Shown here piece after piece: positions 1 through 11,775 of a stretch of DNA of 64,000 nucleotides. Origin of the DNA: the human T2T-CHM13v2.0 reference genome, Homo sapiens; NCBI RefSeq assembly GCF_009914755.1, contig NC_060926.1; one strand, 5' to 3'. Positions within the stretch are counted from its first letter, which is position 1, and each line of letters starts with the position of its first letter. The notes under the pieces are model-generated. The model was not told the DNA's origin. It did not search any database and saw only the letters and a program-made list of their open reading frames with translations. A program made the position numbers and the translations under genes.

Positions 1-760
1 CTCCTCTGGAGGTTGTTTTTGAAAGAAACAGGGAAAAGAAAAACACACACTACCTGAATTGATTTGAGTAATTTTCCAGTGACTCAGTTGAAACTCAGTG
101 TTGCATACATAATTTCCTCATGCTGAGCCAGCCTGAAATAAGACTTGATAAGAGGCACAGCCCTAAGTAGCAGGCAGTGCCACTGTGGACAGTGTACACT
201 ATGGTGTGAGTGTGTGCACAGGCGAGCCTAAGTGTGTGTACTCATACACACAGATAAACCGAAAGGACACTGGGCTTTGTGCTGGCAAAGGCTGTGATGC
301 TGCTGTGGCTTTCTATGGGCCCTGGGGAGTGTCAGATGGGAAGTGCTTTGATGGCATGTTGTTCAGTGTATTTAATGGGGTCTCCCATGGCCCGAGGACC
401 CACTGTGAGCACTCCACCCACTGTGGCGCAGAACACGGCTGGAGTCATCATAGCCCAGGTCTTTATTGAAAGGGAGTGTTGACCCAGAAGCCTCATATAG
501 AAACCATTTGGCAAGGTCTGGACCATCTCTCTGCAACTGACCTGCCTTGGCCGCACAGAGGGACCCAAACCCAAAAGGCCCAGACCCAAGGGAGACTGAA
601 TCACATTTACCATTACACCAGCTTTCATTTATTTGTTTCCATATGATCATAGGGACTGTATTACTAAGTATGCTTATAAATGCTATTTACAGACTGTTCC
701 CTTTTATAAGGTGAAAGATTAATAAAGAACAAAAAATTGCCTGTAGAAAACCATGCCTGA

Positions 761-1308
<548 letters not shown>

Positions 1309-2426
1309 TTAAAGAGGAAAATACAATTGCGCTTTCTAATACCAACTATTTCATCACAGGATTTAAAAACAAATAATCATTCAATGGAAATTCACCTTTA
1401 AAACCCTTTCCTGATATAGCAATGTATCTCCACATTCATGAGATAGGATTGAGCCATTTGTAGGGAATCTTTCTTATATTCTTTTCTTACTTCACTCACC
1501 TACCACCTGGGAAAAAACTAGTTCATGCACCTAAACATTTTTATGACTTGAAATCCACAATCATAAACAGCTGTGCTTCAAAAACTGCTGTATTGAGTCT
1601 GGAAGCACACTTATTCAATAGCCACAGGGAGGAAAAAGGTTAATTTTTCATAAAGGAGAACAGGAAATTATAGCCAGTTGAACCCATATGTATGCATATG
1701 CCAACAATTGAGTTTCCATAAGTTGTGTCTTCATTTTGTTAGAAATGGCTTGATCCACTTAATAGCTCTCATGCTACCCCAGTTTGCATTGAGACCAAAC
1801 TTACTTGGTCAATATGTCTCCCAAATCCTGCAAAGAAAACAAGAAAAGCTTCAGAAATGGGCTACTCTTCCAACCCAACCTTTAGGTTTGGTAAAGTATA
1901 GAATAGTGCCATCCCTGAAATGCTTTGTAAATTCCTTTTCCTTTTCATTTCCAAAGTTGATCCCAGTACAACATATTTACAGGATGGCTTTAAACTCTTG
2001 ATGAATTCAAAGCCCTGGTGGTGAATAGAGGAAAGGAAATGTGTGGCCATGCATTGCTGCAATCAACTGCCTACAAAGTGGACTTTCCCAGGGCTTGTTT
2101 CTAAAGGATAATATGTTATAAATTAAGAACAAACAGGAGGAAGAAATAAGTGTTTTTCTTCCCCAAATTCTCCATTTCGCTAAATTGGAGACAAAAATGG
2201 GATAGTCACAAATAAGTTAATTTTTTTCTGTTTTTGAAAAGCAAGCTACAAAAGAAGTTTACTAGAGGGTAATATTCTCTGTGGCCAATTTTGATAAATG
2301 GGAATAGAAAATTATATCCACTTAAAAATTCCACAAGCTTGCTTGTTCATGGTTAGGAAAAGAATTACATTTTGTCTATGTTATTTCTATTTGGAAAAGA
2401 TCCTCCATCTTAGCAGCAGGAGCTAA

Positions 2427-2432
<6 letters not shown>

Positions 2433-2480
<48 letters not shown>

Positions 2481-2487
2481 TACACAC

Positions 2488-2518
<31 letters not shown>

Positions 2519-2555
2519 TGCATACACACATATACATATATATACACACACACAT
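2433..2555. repeat. (TA)n/(CA)n compound microsatellite
   Basis: Long TATATA runs with a duplicated GCATACACACATATACA unit. Confidence 0.95.
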
Positions 2556-2587
2556 CTATGGTGTTGAATAAATAATATCACCTAAGC

Positions 2588-2810
2588 CAGTGGTGTGCAA
2601 TCTTTTGGCTTCCCTGGGCCTCATTAGAAAAAAGCATTGTCTTGGGCCACACATGAAATACACTAACATTAACTATAGCTGAAGAGCTTTAATAAAATGA
2701 CAAACAAAAATCTCATCATGTTTCAAGAAAGTTTAGGAATTTGTGTCGGGCCATGTTCAAAGCCATCCTTGGCCATGTGTGGCCCAAAGACCATGGGTTG
2801 GACAAGCTTG
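2588..2810 (+). mobile_element. MER30 (hAT-Charlie MITE)
   Basis: CAGTGGTGTGCAATCTTTTGGCTTCCCTGGGCC...GGGTTGGACAAGCTTG resembles the MER30 consensus. Confidence 0.85.
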
Positions 2811-3229
2811 TTGTAAGGTATGAACTTCAAATAATATAAAAATTTTTTAGGCATGTTATTGGTTCTTTCCTGGAGCAGCTCCACATCTAGATCATGGCAC
2901 ATTTTCATCAGCTCCTTATAGATTTTTCTTAGGTGTTTTTTTTTTTCTGAACCATTTTGCGTTTTTGCTTTTCTTAAGTTGCTGTAAAATCTTTCTGTCA
3001 TCCTCTGTAAGTTTCTCTATATGTTGTTTTACTTCTCATAGGGAACTGAATGCAGCTTCCTCTACTCAGCTCTGGTCATCTCTGCCCATAGCTGCACATA
3101 GCACTGCAGGGACCTGGATTTCCTAGATGACATATTTATTCTGACTTCATCCTCCTCCTCTTACACATCCTTTATTCACTTTAACTCAGGTTCTCTTTTC
3201 TTTATCTCTTTCATCTTTTCTTCATAATA

Positions 3230-3349
3230 AAGTTAGGGGTCTCACTATGTTGATGGCCAGGCTGGTTTGAAACTCCTGGTCTCAAGTGATTCTCCTGCTT
3301 CGGTCTCCCAAATTATACGGATTATGGACTTGAGACACCAAGCCTAGAC
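3230..3349 (-). mobile_element. FLAM/AluJ monomer
   Basis: GGGTCTCACTATGTTG...CAGGCTGG...CTCAAGTGATTCTCC; mirrored at ~58395-58510. Confidence 0.75.
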
Positions 3350-5249
3350 TGACTCATGTATTCTACCAATAAGCTATGTACATAAATTTGTGTCTTCCTA
3401 CTTCTCAGAACCATGAAATCAATCATTCCTCCCTTTCTTTCATTTATCTTTATTGTTTCTTAACAATACTAGAAGTCAAATTCATTCTTTTCTCATACCA
3501 CTTTTATTCATTATATGACTTCCTGAAACACCTGAAGAAAGGTTATTATTGATCATTTCTTCAATATATACCCTTTGATATTGAAAAACCTACATGAGAG
3601 CCATTGGAATTAATGGTTGATTCACAGATAATTGTTTGCAGTATTATGATCTCTGTGTTTTTAAATTAGTCTTTAGTACCAAGTCTCCCTACTGCATAGC
3701 CTGACCACTCTCTCTGAGCAGTAATCAATGCTGCATTGTACCCTCAGGATTGGAAGCCATGAGAAAAAATCTTCCTCAAATCCTAACCAACACGATTTCC
3801 ATTCAAGTGATAAGTGGATACATTTCTAGCATGTCTGTCTGAGGTTGAATCTGAGGGAAAAGGCCTAATACTTACAATCCACTGGCTGGGTTTCCTGCTT
3901 TTCTCACTTAAATTTCTTTGGTTTTCTTGAATTTTTGCCCATAAAGATCTCATTTGCTTCATGATCTTCTCCTGTAAAAGAACTATGAATGTGAACATCA
4001 GAGAAGCAAATCGTTTTGGGTTTCAGACCCCCAGTGATAAAGAAATCAACTGATGAGATATGAAAGATTTGGGAAGATCTCAGACTGTAGAACCACAACA
4101 TGTAATGCAACAAGTTTATAGGAAAATCATAAGCAGGGCTAATTTATAGATAATGTGGCATCTTGCAGCAGAATTGGAATCTACTGACACCATGCCTTGC
4201 TAATTCTAGCATATTTTATTCTATTATTTCCAGTGTTGGTACATAGGTTTCTTATATAGAAGCCTTTTGAACTTGTAGTTTGGATAGCCAGAAACTCTTC
4301 CTGATATTGAGCTCTTTACAGTGCCTTGAACATTACACTAAATAGTCAAATTATTATAATGATTATTAACTTCATCACTCCTTCAGTGAAATGTAAGTTC
4401 AAGGAAGGAAGGTATTCTCACAGATTCCACTGAAATTTTTATCATTGATACCTAGGCACTACATGACATCCAGTACAGAACAGACTAATCATCATGCTCT
4501 TCAACTTCCCCCTAATCTCTTTACTTGTGCCATCCTCCAGCTTTCAAAGTGCTCTCAGAGCCATCACTTACCCAGTGTTCCTTAGCTGCCCCTCACAGTG
4601 TCTGTGATCCTGGTGCTCCTGAGTGTCCCAGAACAGCAAATGAAGCAGGCTCTTGTCCACCTCTTCAAATATCTTTTTGTCTCCCTGTGGGTTCCACACA
4701 TTTGTTCATTAGAGCTCAGGAATTGCCAGAGACTGGTTTTCCTGGTAATGCACACTAGATTCTTCAGAAGAATATTGGTTTTGATGTCCTCCTGCTGTGA
4801 TGGTTCCCTGAATGTGGGCAGCAGGTAGGAATTTTGGCTTCTTCCCAGGAAAGGCAGAGACAGGGTCTACAGAAGCTGGGGACACAGCCTGTGGTGATGG
4901 GATCTACGAGTTAGTTCAGACAGAAGAGACAGATGGGCTCTTTCTGGAAGGCTTGTGTGATCTCTGAGACCATTTTCCTGAAGGAAGGAAATTAGGAAAG
5001 GTATCATTCAAACTTCTTCATCTTATGCCCTGGAGAAACACAGACCAAAGCAAAATTTGACTCAGGTTGTAACTCAATGATAAACTTCTGTCTAGAGTAG
5101 AATAAGCTTTATTTTGTATAAGACAAAAATAGAACCTGAGGTACAAAGAGAGCTCTCAGATCTGTAGGTAAAATTGTTGGGTTCATGCATAACTCACAGG
5201 GCACTACATACTACCCTTTTCTTTTGCATAGAAGAATGAACCTCAGAGA

Positions 5250-5632
5250 GGCCAGGTGTGGTGACTTACACCTGTAATCCCAGCACTTTGGGATACCAAG
5301 GCTGGTAGATCAGGTTGGAGACGACCCTGGCCAATATGGGGAATCCCCGTCTCTGCTAAAAATGCAAAAATCAGTCAGGAGTGGTGGCACATGCCTATAA
5401 TCCCAGCCACTCAGGAGACTGGGCAGGAGAATCGCTTGAACCCTGATGTTGCCGTTAGCTGAGATTGAGCCAATTCTCTTCAGCCTGAGCAATAAAGCAA
5501 GACCTATAAAAGAAAGAAAAAGAAAGAATGGAAGGAAGGAAGGAGGGCAGGAGGGAAGGAAGGAGAGAAAGAGAGGAAAGAAGGAAAGAAAGAAAGAGAA
5601 AGAAAAGAAAGAAAGAAAGAAGAAAACAAAAG
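5250..5632 (+). mobile_element. AluS with internal deletions and GAAA/GGAA tail
   Basis: GGCCAGGTGTGGTGACTTACACCTGTAATCCCAGC; mirrored at 56170-56491. Confidence 0.9.
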
Positions 5633-6629
5633 AATCCTCAGTTTTGTTGAATTTTGACTTTACTCCAAAAAGCTTGAGGTTTAAGGGGATGAAATTAGGA
5701 CCAATTTATACCATTAGATGATGGGTCCTGAATACTCTGAAAACCATTCTTAATGCTCGTTGTGATTGGTTTAGAAAAGATTGATTTTGTACAAAAGAAT
5801 AAAAAAGTGATTAGTTTAGGAAATGGTATTTAACTGAGATTTTTCTCCCATTGTTTCATTTAGATATCATAATTTTCTCCTTTAAAGTATTTTGAAGAAT
5901 CTCAATCACAGTCCACCACTGCAAAATAATTTCTATATAACCATTATTTATTTACTGAACATTCTGAAATTTGATCAGATTTCACCCAGAAATGCTAAAG
6001 AGACATTTAGTATACTCTAAAACAATATTATCCTCAAATTAGTCAATGCATTACCTAAGTTGTATATTATAGAATATTCTGTCTTGCGCATATATTTGTG
6101 TGCCACCTTTATAACAGAGGGTATTACATTTATGCACAACATATAGAATAAAATATTCTCAATAAAATTTAGTATATACAGCAAGTATAAAATTGTAAAA
6201 TATCTGAAAACTATTTTCTGTGTTCTTACAATACATAGGAACAACTAAGGAATGCATAAATGATACAACTAAAATTAATCTTCACTGTAGTTCACAAGTA
6301 TGTAGGAAGACAGGATGACAAAGTAAGTGTAAAAACATTTTTACTAAGTAAGCAAATGACATCACTTATAGAAACAAGCTCAGTTTATTGAAAAATTAAA
6401 CATAGCGCAGTCTGTTTTGGATTGGAAAAGTAGCAGGAACTCCTCCTCTGTTAGCTGTGTTCTCACCCTAGAAATATACTTATGGTCTCACTGATACTTG
6501 CAGTAGAAGTAATAATATAAAGTCTGATCAGGGATCAGGGCCTCACCATATAGTGATAGTAGCTTTCAGACATCTTCACAGCCAGTTCCGAAGCCACTCT
6601 GTGTGTCCCAGAGAAGAATGAGTTTGGCT

Positions 6630-6775
6630 CCTTGTACCTCTTTGTATTGAATCTCTGAAAAATCACAGCCCTTTTGAAAAGGTTGTATGTTTCTTGGAGT
6701 TTGGGATAGCCATTAGGGTTCTTGATTAGGTTTCACCAGAGGAGAAAAAATGATTGATTCGACACCTTGGCTAAT
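6630..6775 (-). promoter_or_regulatory. Promoter homologue of left TRIM43-like pseudogene with DUX4-like motif
   Basis: TGATTAGGTTT at 6723-6733 (= AAACCTAATCA) and TGATTGATTCG at 6751; aligns with the TRIM43 promoter. Confidence 0.55.
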
Positions 6776-7134
6776 TTCCATAAATAAACTTTAAACTTCC
6801 TCTCATCAAGAACCACTGAGTTTACAACAAAAGAACCCTCAAATACCAAATTTGTAGATAATTTTTGGGGTACTTTATTTTACTCATCAAAAGATGAGAA
6901 AGAGGATACCATCAATTTATGATTTTAATAAATGTCTTCAAAAGTCTGGAATATTTTTTCTCCTTTTTCTTTGTGTTTGTTTTTTGTCTTATGTTTTTGG
7001 AAATGTTTTGCCTGAAGTTGGCTTTAATTTTAATAGTCACTGAACTAGACTGGAAATGCACTTTGCTGTTGCTTTTAAAACTTGATTTCAGGTTTTAATG
7101 CATTACTGTCAATTTATGTATATATGTACATATT

Positions 7135-7254
7135 CTGGTTCTGTAGCCCAGGCTGGAGTGCAGTGGTACAATCACAGTTCATTGCAGCCTTAAACTGCTA
7201 GGCTCATTTTCTCAAAGAGCTAAAATTATGGACGTGAGCCACTGCACCCAGCCT
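7135..7254 (-). mobile_element. FLAM/AluJ fragment
   Basis: GCCCAGGCTGGAGTGCAGTGG...GTGAGCCACTGCACCCAGCC; mirrored at 54499-54640. Confidence 0.8.
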
Positions 7255-9046
7255 GTTATTTTATGTTTTTAATAAAAGCATAAGAATTATCTGTATTATA
7301 AATTAAGAAATAGAATATCTTTAAGGAAATATAATATCTTTAAGGAAAAATAAAATCTCTAGTAATTATAGGCTCCTATGAAAACCACCTTTACCAATAG
7401 CAATTTTGTGTATATCCATATAACACATACATATATAAATATATATAATATATACATGAATTTTTTTTCACATTTGGCAGACATTGAAGAATAAAAATTA
7501 TAATTTATATTGATAAAAAGTGAAATAAGTAAAATTTGCTGTTTAGTGAAAACTTTGTTTAGCAACTTAAATGAAGCTGCAGAAAGTGTGAATTGGTTAA
7601 TAGATATAAAGATATGTCATGAGGGCTTCACAGATGGACAAACAGAGGTAAACTAGGAGAGTGAGTGACACATCGAGGATGAGAGTATCATGTATGTGCT
7701 TTATAAACAGCATCATGTGTGATTGGCTGTAGCACAAAGTAGAGCTAACTAGAGAAGATGAGGAGAGAACATATTCAAGGGTATAATGTTTGATAATTTT
7801 TTCAGAGTAAACAAATGAATTCAGGAAGCCAACCAATCCCCATTTTGGATGTGTAAAATATAACTTTACTTTGTATTGAATGTGCAAAACAATATATTTT
7901 GGCTGATTTTTAGTAATTTTCTTCTTTGGTGGCTGATTCATGATGATGTGTTTAAGTTTGAAACCACTACTGAAGATGAAGAATCTCTTAAAAGAAGCCA
8001 AAATAAACTGTTTCATTTTGAGGGAACACATAATAGAATGACAACAGACTGCTCCACAATCATAAATGTAAGAATAAGACAGTGGACTAATATTTGTAAA
8101 GTGTCAAAAAATGTAACTGCCAATACGGAGATGAATGTGGATTAGAAATTTTTTTATATAAGAGGATAAAAGGATGATCTTGTCACGTAAGTATAATAAA
8201 AAAAAAAGGAGGCTTTATACCCTACTAAGGGCTTCTAAAACAGTACCTATGAGATCTACTTGAAAGGTAATTCCAACACCTCTGCCACATTTGAATCTGG
8301 CTTTATTTATTGCTTAGTCTCTTAACAGTGTTTCCTTTATGTATCTTTTCTGTTTCTATATATGTCTGGTAAGTTTTACTCAAAAAGTGAACTGTGTAGA
8401 GTAGACTAATATAGAAAGCAAAACCAACATGTGTTCCCTTTTACTAGGCTGAATGTGTGTGTTTTGAGGGAGAAGGTTGAATCAATCTAGTCAGGAGTTG
8501 ATTTGGTTTTGGGTCTTGTTCCTCTTAGAGTTAATTTCAGTGCACCATAGGTTTCCTGCTCATCTAGCATTACTTTGTGTTTCGGATTGGACTGGTTCAG
8601 CAGCTTTTCTCAGTATCTGCTGTATCCTCACCTTTAAGTTTCCCTTCAAATTCCGTTCAGTCCCCCAGAAGACACTGCTTTGACCTGTTACTCAACAATT
8701 GTTAGCCTAGTTGGGAGTGGGGATGAGGATGGAGAAGCATACTCTGTCATTCTGATGAAGCTCAGTCACAGGTTGACACTGTTTCTGGGTCTTCATGGCT
8801 GGAACCTTCTTAATGATCCTGTCCAAACTTCAGGTGTACATCTAAATCCTCCACATATTTTTTTCCTCTTTTTTGTTTTCCCATCTCCAAAGTTCAATTA
8901 GTTTTACCAGTGTCCCAAGGGCAATGATATTCCTTATCTTTTCCTTTGTAGTTTTAGGTTTTGTTACACGGGAGAGACGGGGAGGTAAATACAGGTCTTT
9001 AAATGTGATATTCACTGAATCTCTTCACAGACTGTAAAACAAATGT

Positions 9047-9422
9047 ATGTGGCACATATACACCATGGAATACTATGCAGCCATAAAAAAGGATGAGTTC
9101 ATGTCCTTTGCAGGGACATGGATGAAGCTGTAAACCATCATTCTCAGCAAACTAACACAAGAACAGAAAACAAAACACCTCATGTTCTCACTCATAAGTG
9201 AGAGTTGAACAATGAGATCACATGGACACAGGGAGGGGAACATCACACACCAGGGCCTGTCAGGGGGTGGGGGGACAGGGGAGGGATAGCACTGGGTTAA
9301 ATACCTAATGTAGATGATGGGTTGATGGGTGCAGCAAACCACCATGGCACGTGTATACCTAAGTAAAAAACCTGAACATTCTGCACGTGTACCCCAGAAC
9401 TTAAAGTATAATAATAAAAAAA
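9047..9422 (+). mobile_element. L1PA 3' end, 5'-truncated
   Basis: ATGTGGCACATATACACCATGGAATACTATGCAGCC...ACTTAAAGTATAATAATAAAAAAA. Confidence 0.95.
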
Positions 9423-9559
9423 GTTTTATGTCTTCATGATGATGTTAACTTACCATAAATTAAATTATTTATATATATATGCATTTGAAAAATTAGGCAT
9501 AACATCAAATTCATCTATGTCAAACTCCTTATTTTACATGTTAAAATATTTTTTAAAAA

Positions 9560-10630
9560 TATTTAATTCTCTTATTCATGAAAAATAATTACAGTTTCTC
9601 TCCTTGAATGCAATGCTTCCTGTATCTTATCCTGGTTAATTTTTAAGTTTCCTAACGATCACCTTCCAAAATATTCAATATTCTAACTTCTAATATTAAT
9701 TAATGGAGTTTGAAATTTATCTAAATAAAACACTGTAATATAACATTTGTGTGTTTCAATTCTTCTTCTTAAACTTCTCTTTGAGATTCATTAATTTGTT
9801 ACATTTCATTGTTATTATCTTTGTTTTATAGGATTCTTTTGTATGATGAGATCACAATTTATTTAGCAATTCTACTATTGATGAATATTTATTATGTCTC
9901 CAATTTGGAGCTACTATAAAAATTGATGCAATGATCAACATTGTGTTTATCTTGAAATACACATAGGTAATCTGTGGAACATATTTTAGAATTAGAATAT
10001 CTAGCGCATAAGGAATACTCATAGTCAGTTTGCCAAAAGCTGTTTCAGTTTATATCCCTCCAGCCATGAATAACTTTCATTGATTCTTTATCTTTCACAA
10101 CACACAATTTTATGTGTCTTTAAATTTTACTAATTTTTATGGAGGCCTGCAGTTCAATTTACGGATTAATTTTTACTATTCTGAGGACTAATAAAAGTAA
10201 TCCCTTTTTCATATTTGGCCAGTTATTAGTTATTTATGGCTCCAATTTTATGAAGTGCCTGTTCAAATATTTTACCCAATTTTATATTGGGTTCACTTTC
10301 TTTTATTTATTACAATCCTTAATCACATGTATTATATTTTATTGCATATATGTCGGGATAAATATTTTTCTCCACTCGGTTTGCATTTTAATTCTTGGAT
10401 GGTATATTTTGAAACACAGAATCATTTTTGATATAAACTAACTAAATTTTCCTTCTTAATTGTTACTTTTTTGTCCTGGTTAGGAAATCTTTCTCTTTGA
10501 GAATATTTTATTGTGTTCTCATCACCTTCAGACCATGAATCCATGTGGAAATGAACTGTGTATGGTTTGAGGTAGGGGTGAGCATTTATGTCCATTTGAA
10601 TATTTAATTGATCCAGCATTGTCCTGATCA
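9560..10630 (-). mobile_element. Old L1M-type 3' region, highly decayed
   Basis: Remnant motifs (GTATGGTTTGAGGTAGGGG, AAGTGCCTGTTCAAATATTTTACCCA); mirrored at ~49955-51870. Confidence 0.5.
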
Positions 10631-11204
10631 CCTTGTAAATTTCACTGTAGAACAGCACTCTAATAAGGCATGAGCATTTGTATATAAGATGAGATTTACA
10701 AAGATAAGCACAGCATAGGAGGTCAAATAAGATTACCTCAAAGTATAGATTCATAAATAAAACACATGGATAAGTATAATATTGTTAGATGAAGAGAAAG
10801 AGAATATTTCCAAGTTACCACTGAGTCTTTTTACTCCAAGTTTTTTCATGAAGCACAAGATCCCTATTTTCTTCCATTGATTTTAACTTCATTTAGACAC
10901 CTCTGTCATCTCTGATTTCACTTTGTGACATTCAGAAATAATGAAAAACCAGAGAATATATTCTCTGCCATGCATCATGGGTAATGATTTTCCAAAAATG
11001 ATTAAACAAAGAACCAATACACATGGTTATAGTGTTTTCACCATATTTAATAGAAACCCTATTAATGAGTTGTGATGACATTAGAAGGCAACTAAAGAAG
11101 TTAAATGTAACTTGTTTGTCCTCTTTGACAAGGCACAAAAAAGAGGGCTTCCTGGGATAAAGGGGTTCCCACAGCATGTGGACACATTTCTGATTTGTCT
11201 CTGG

Positions 11205-11702
11205 TCAGAAGTGACTACAGCAAAAGATAGGCCTGAGAAGAGGTGAGAAGGCACAATTATGGATGGTGTATATAAGGGAACTTTGATCAACATCAACAAT
11301 GCTCATGGTTCTACCTTCACAATCCAGGAATAATCCTACTCGGCTGCTAGGTCTTGGAACATATAGCACCACATGTGGGGTGTGGTAAAGAGCCTGCAGT
11401 GAACGTCCTCCTTAACACATCCAAGAAGAAAGAGTCCCTCCTCTCCATCTATCTTGTCATTCTGTCTCTTCTCTTTCCAATAATTGTTACAGACACCAAA
11501 AGCCCAATTCCAAGAGTCCCCCACATGAACCTCCCAATAGTATTTGCCAGATGTGAAAGTCTGAGCGCCCCATACGAGAAAACATTCCGATTTTGCAGTG
11601 ATACGGGGATCATCTTGAGGGTCACATCCAACATTCAGGCTTCTCAAATCTCCATACAGGAAGATATGACTTTGGCTCTTTCAGGCTGAAGGGAAAAATC
11701 AA
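11205..11702 (-). pseudogene. Orphan TRIM51/TRIM49-like terminal PRY-SPRY exon
   Basis: WGAQTFTSGKYYWEVHVGDSWNWAFGVCNNYW; acceptor TAG|TTGAT at 11702; frameshifts; TGA at 11207-11205; upstream gene replaced by satellite at ~11776. Confidence 0.9.
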
Positions 11703-11775
11703 CTACAAAAAATAAATAAAAATTTATAGACACATGTAAATAAGAGAAATTAGAATTCTTTAGGGAAAAGTTGTT

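Larger units (their letters stand above)
2225..11775. repeat. Left arm of a ~10 kb inverted segmental duplication (partner 48812-59445)
   Basis: Reverse-complement colinearity of MER30, TRIM43-like exons, FLAM/Alu, L1 3' end and SPRY exon; paired ORFs such as 3783-3998(-)/57748-57999(+) and 7359-7565(-)/54175-54372(+). Confidence 0.95.

Noticed and set aside
372-470. Minus-strand DDS/AVFCA followed by CACAGTG heptamers, resembling an Ig V gene end with RSS
   Set aside because: Needs a frameshift, no acceptable nonamer at 12 or 23 bp, and no upstream V-domain Cys/Trp framework
7597-8031. 144-aa ORF
   Set aside because: AT-rich, no motifs, and broken in the paralogous arm (53843-54087)
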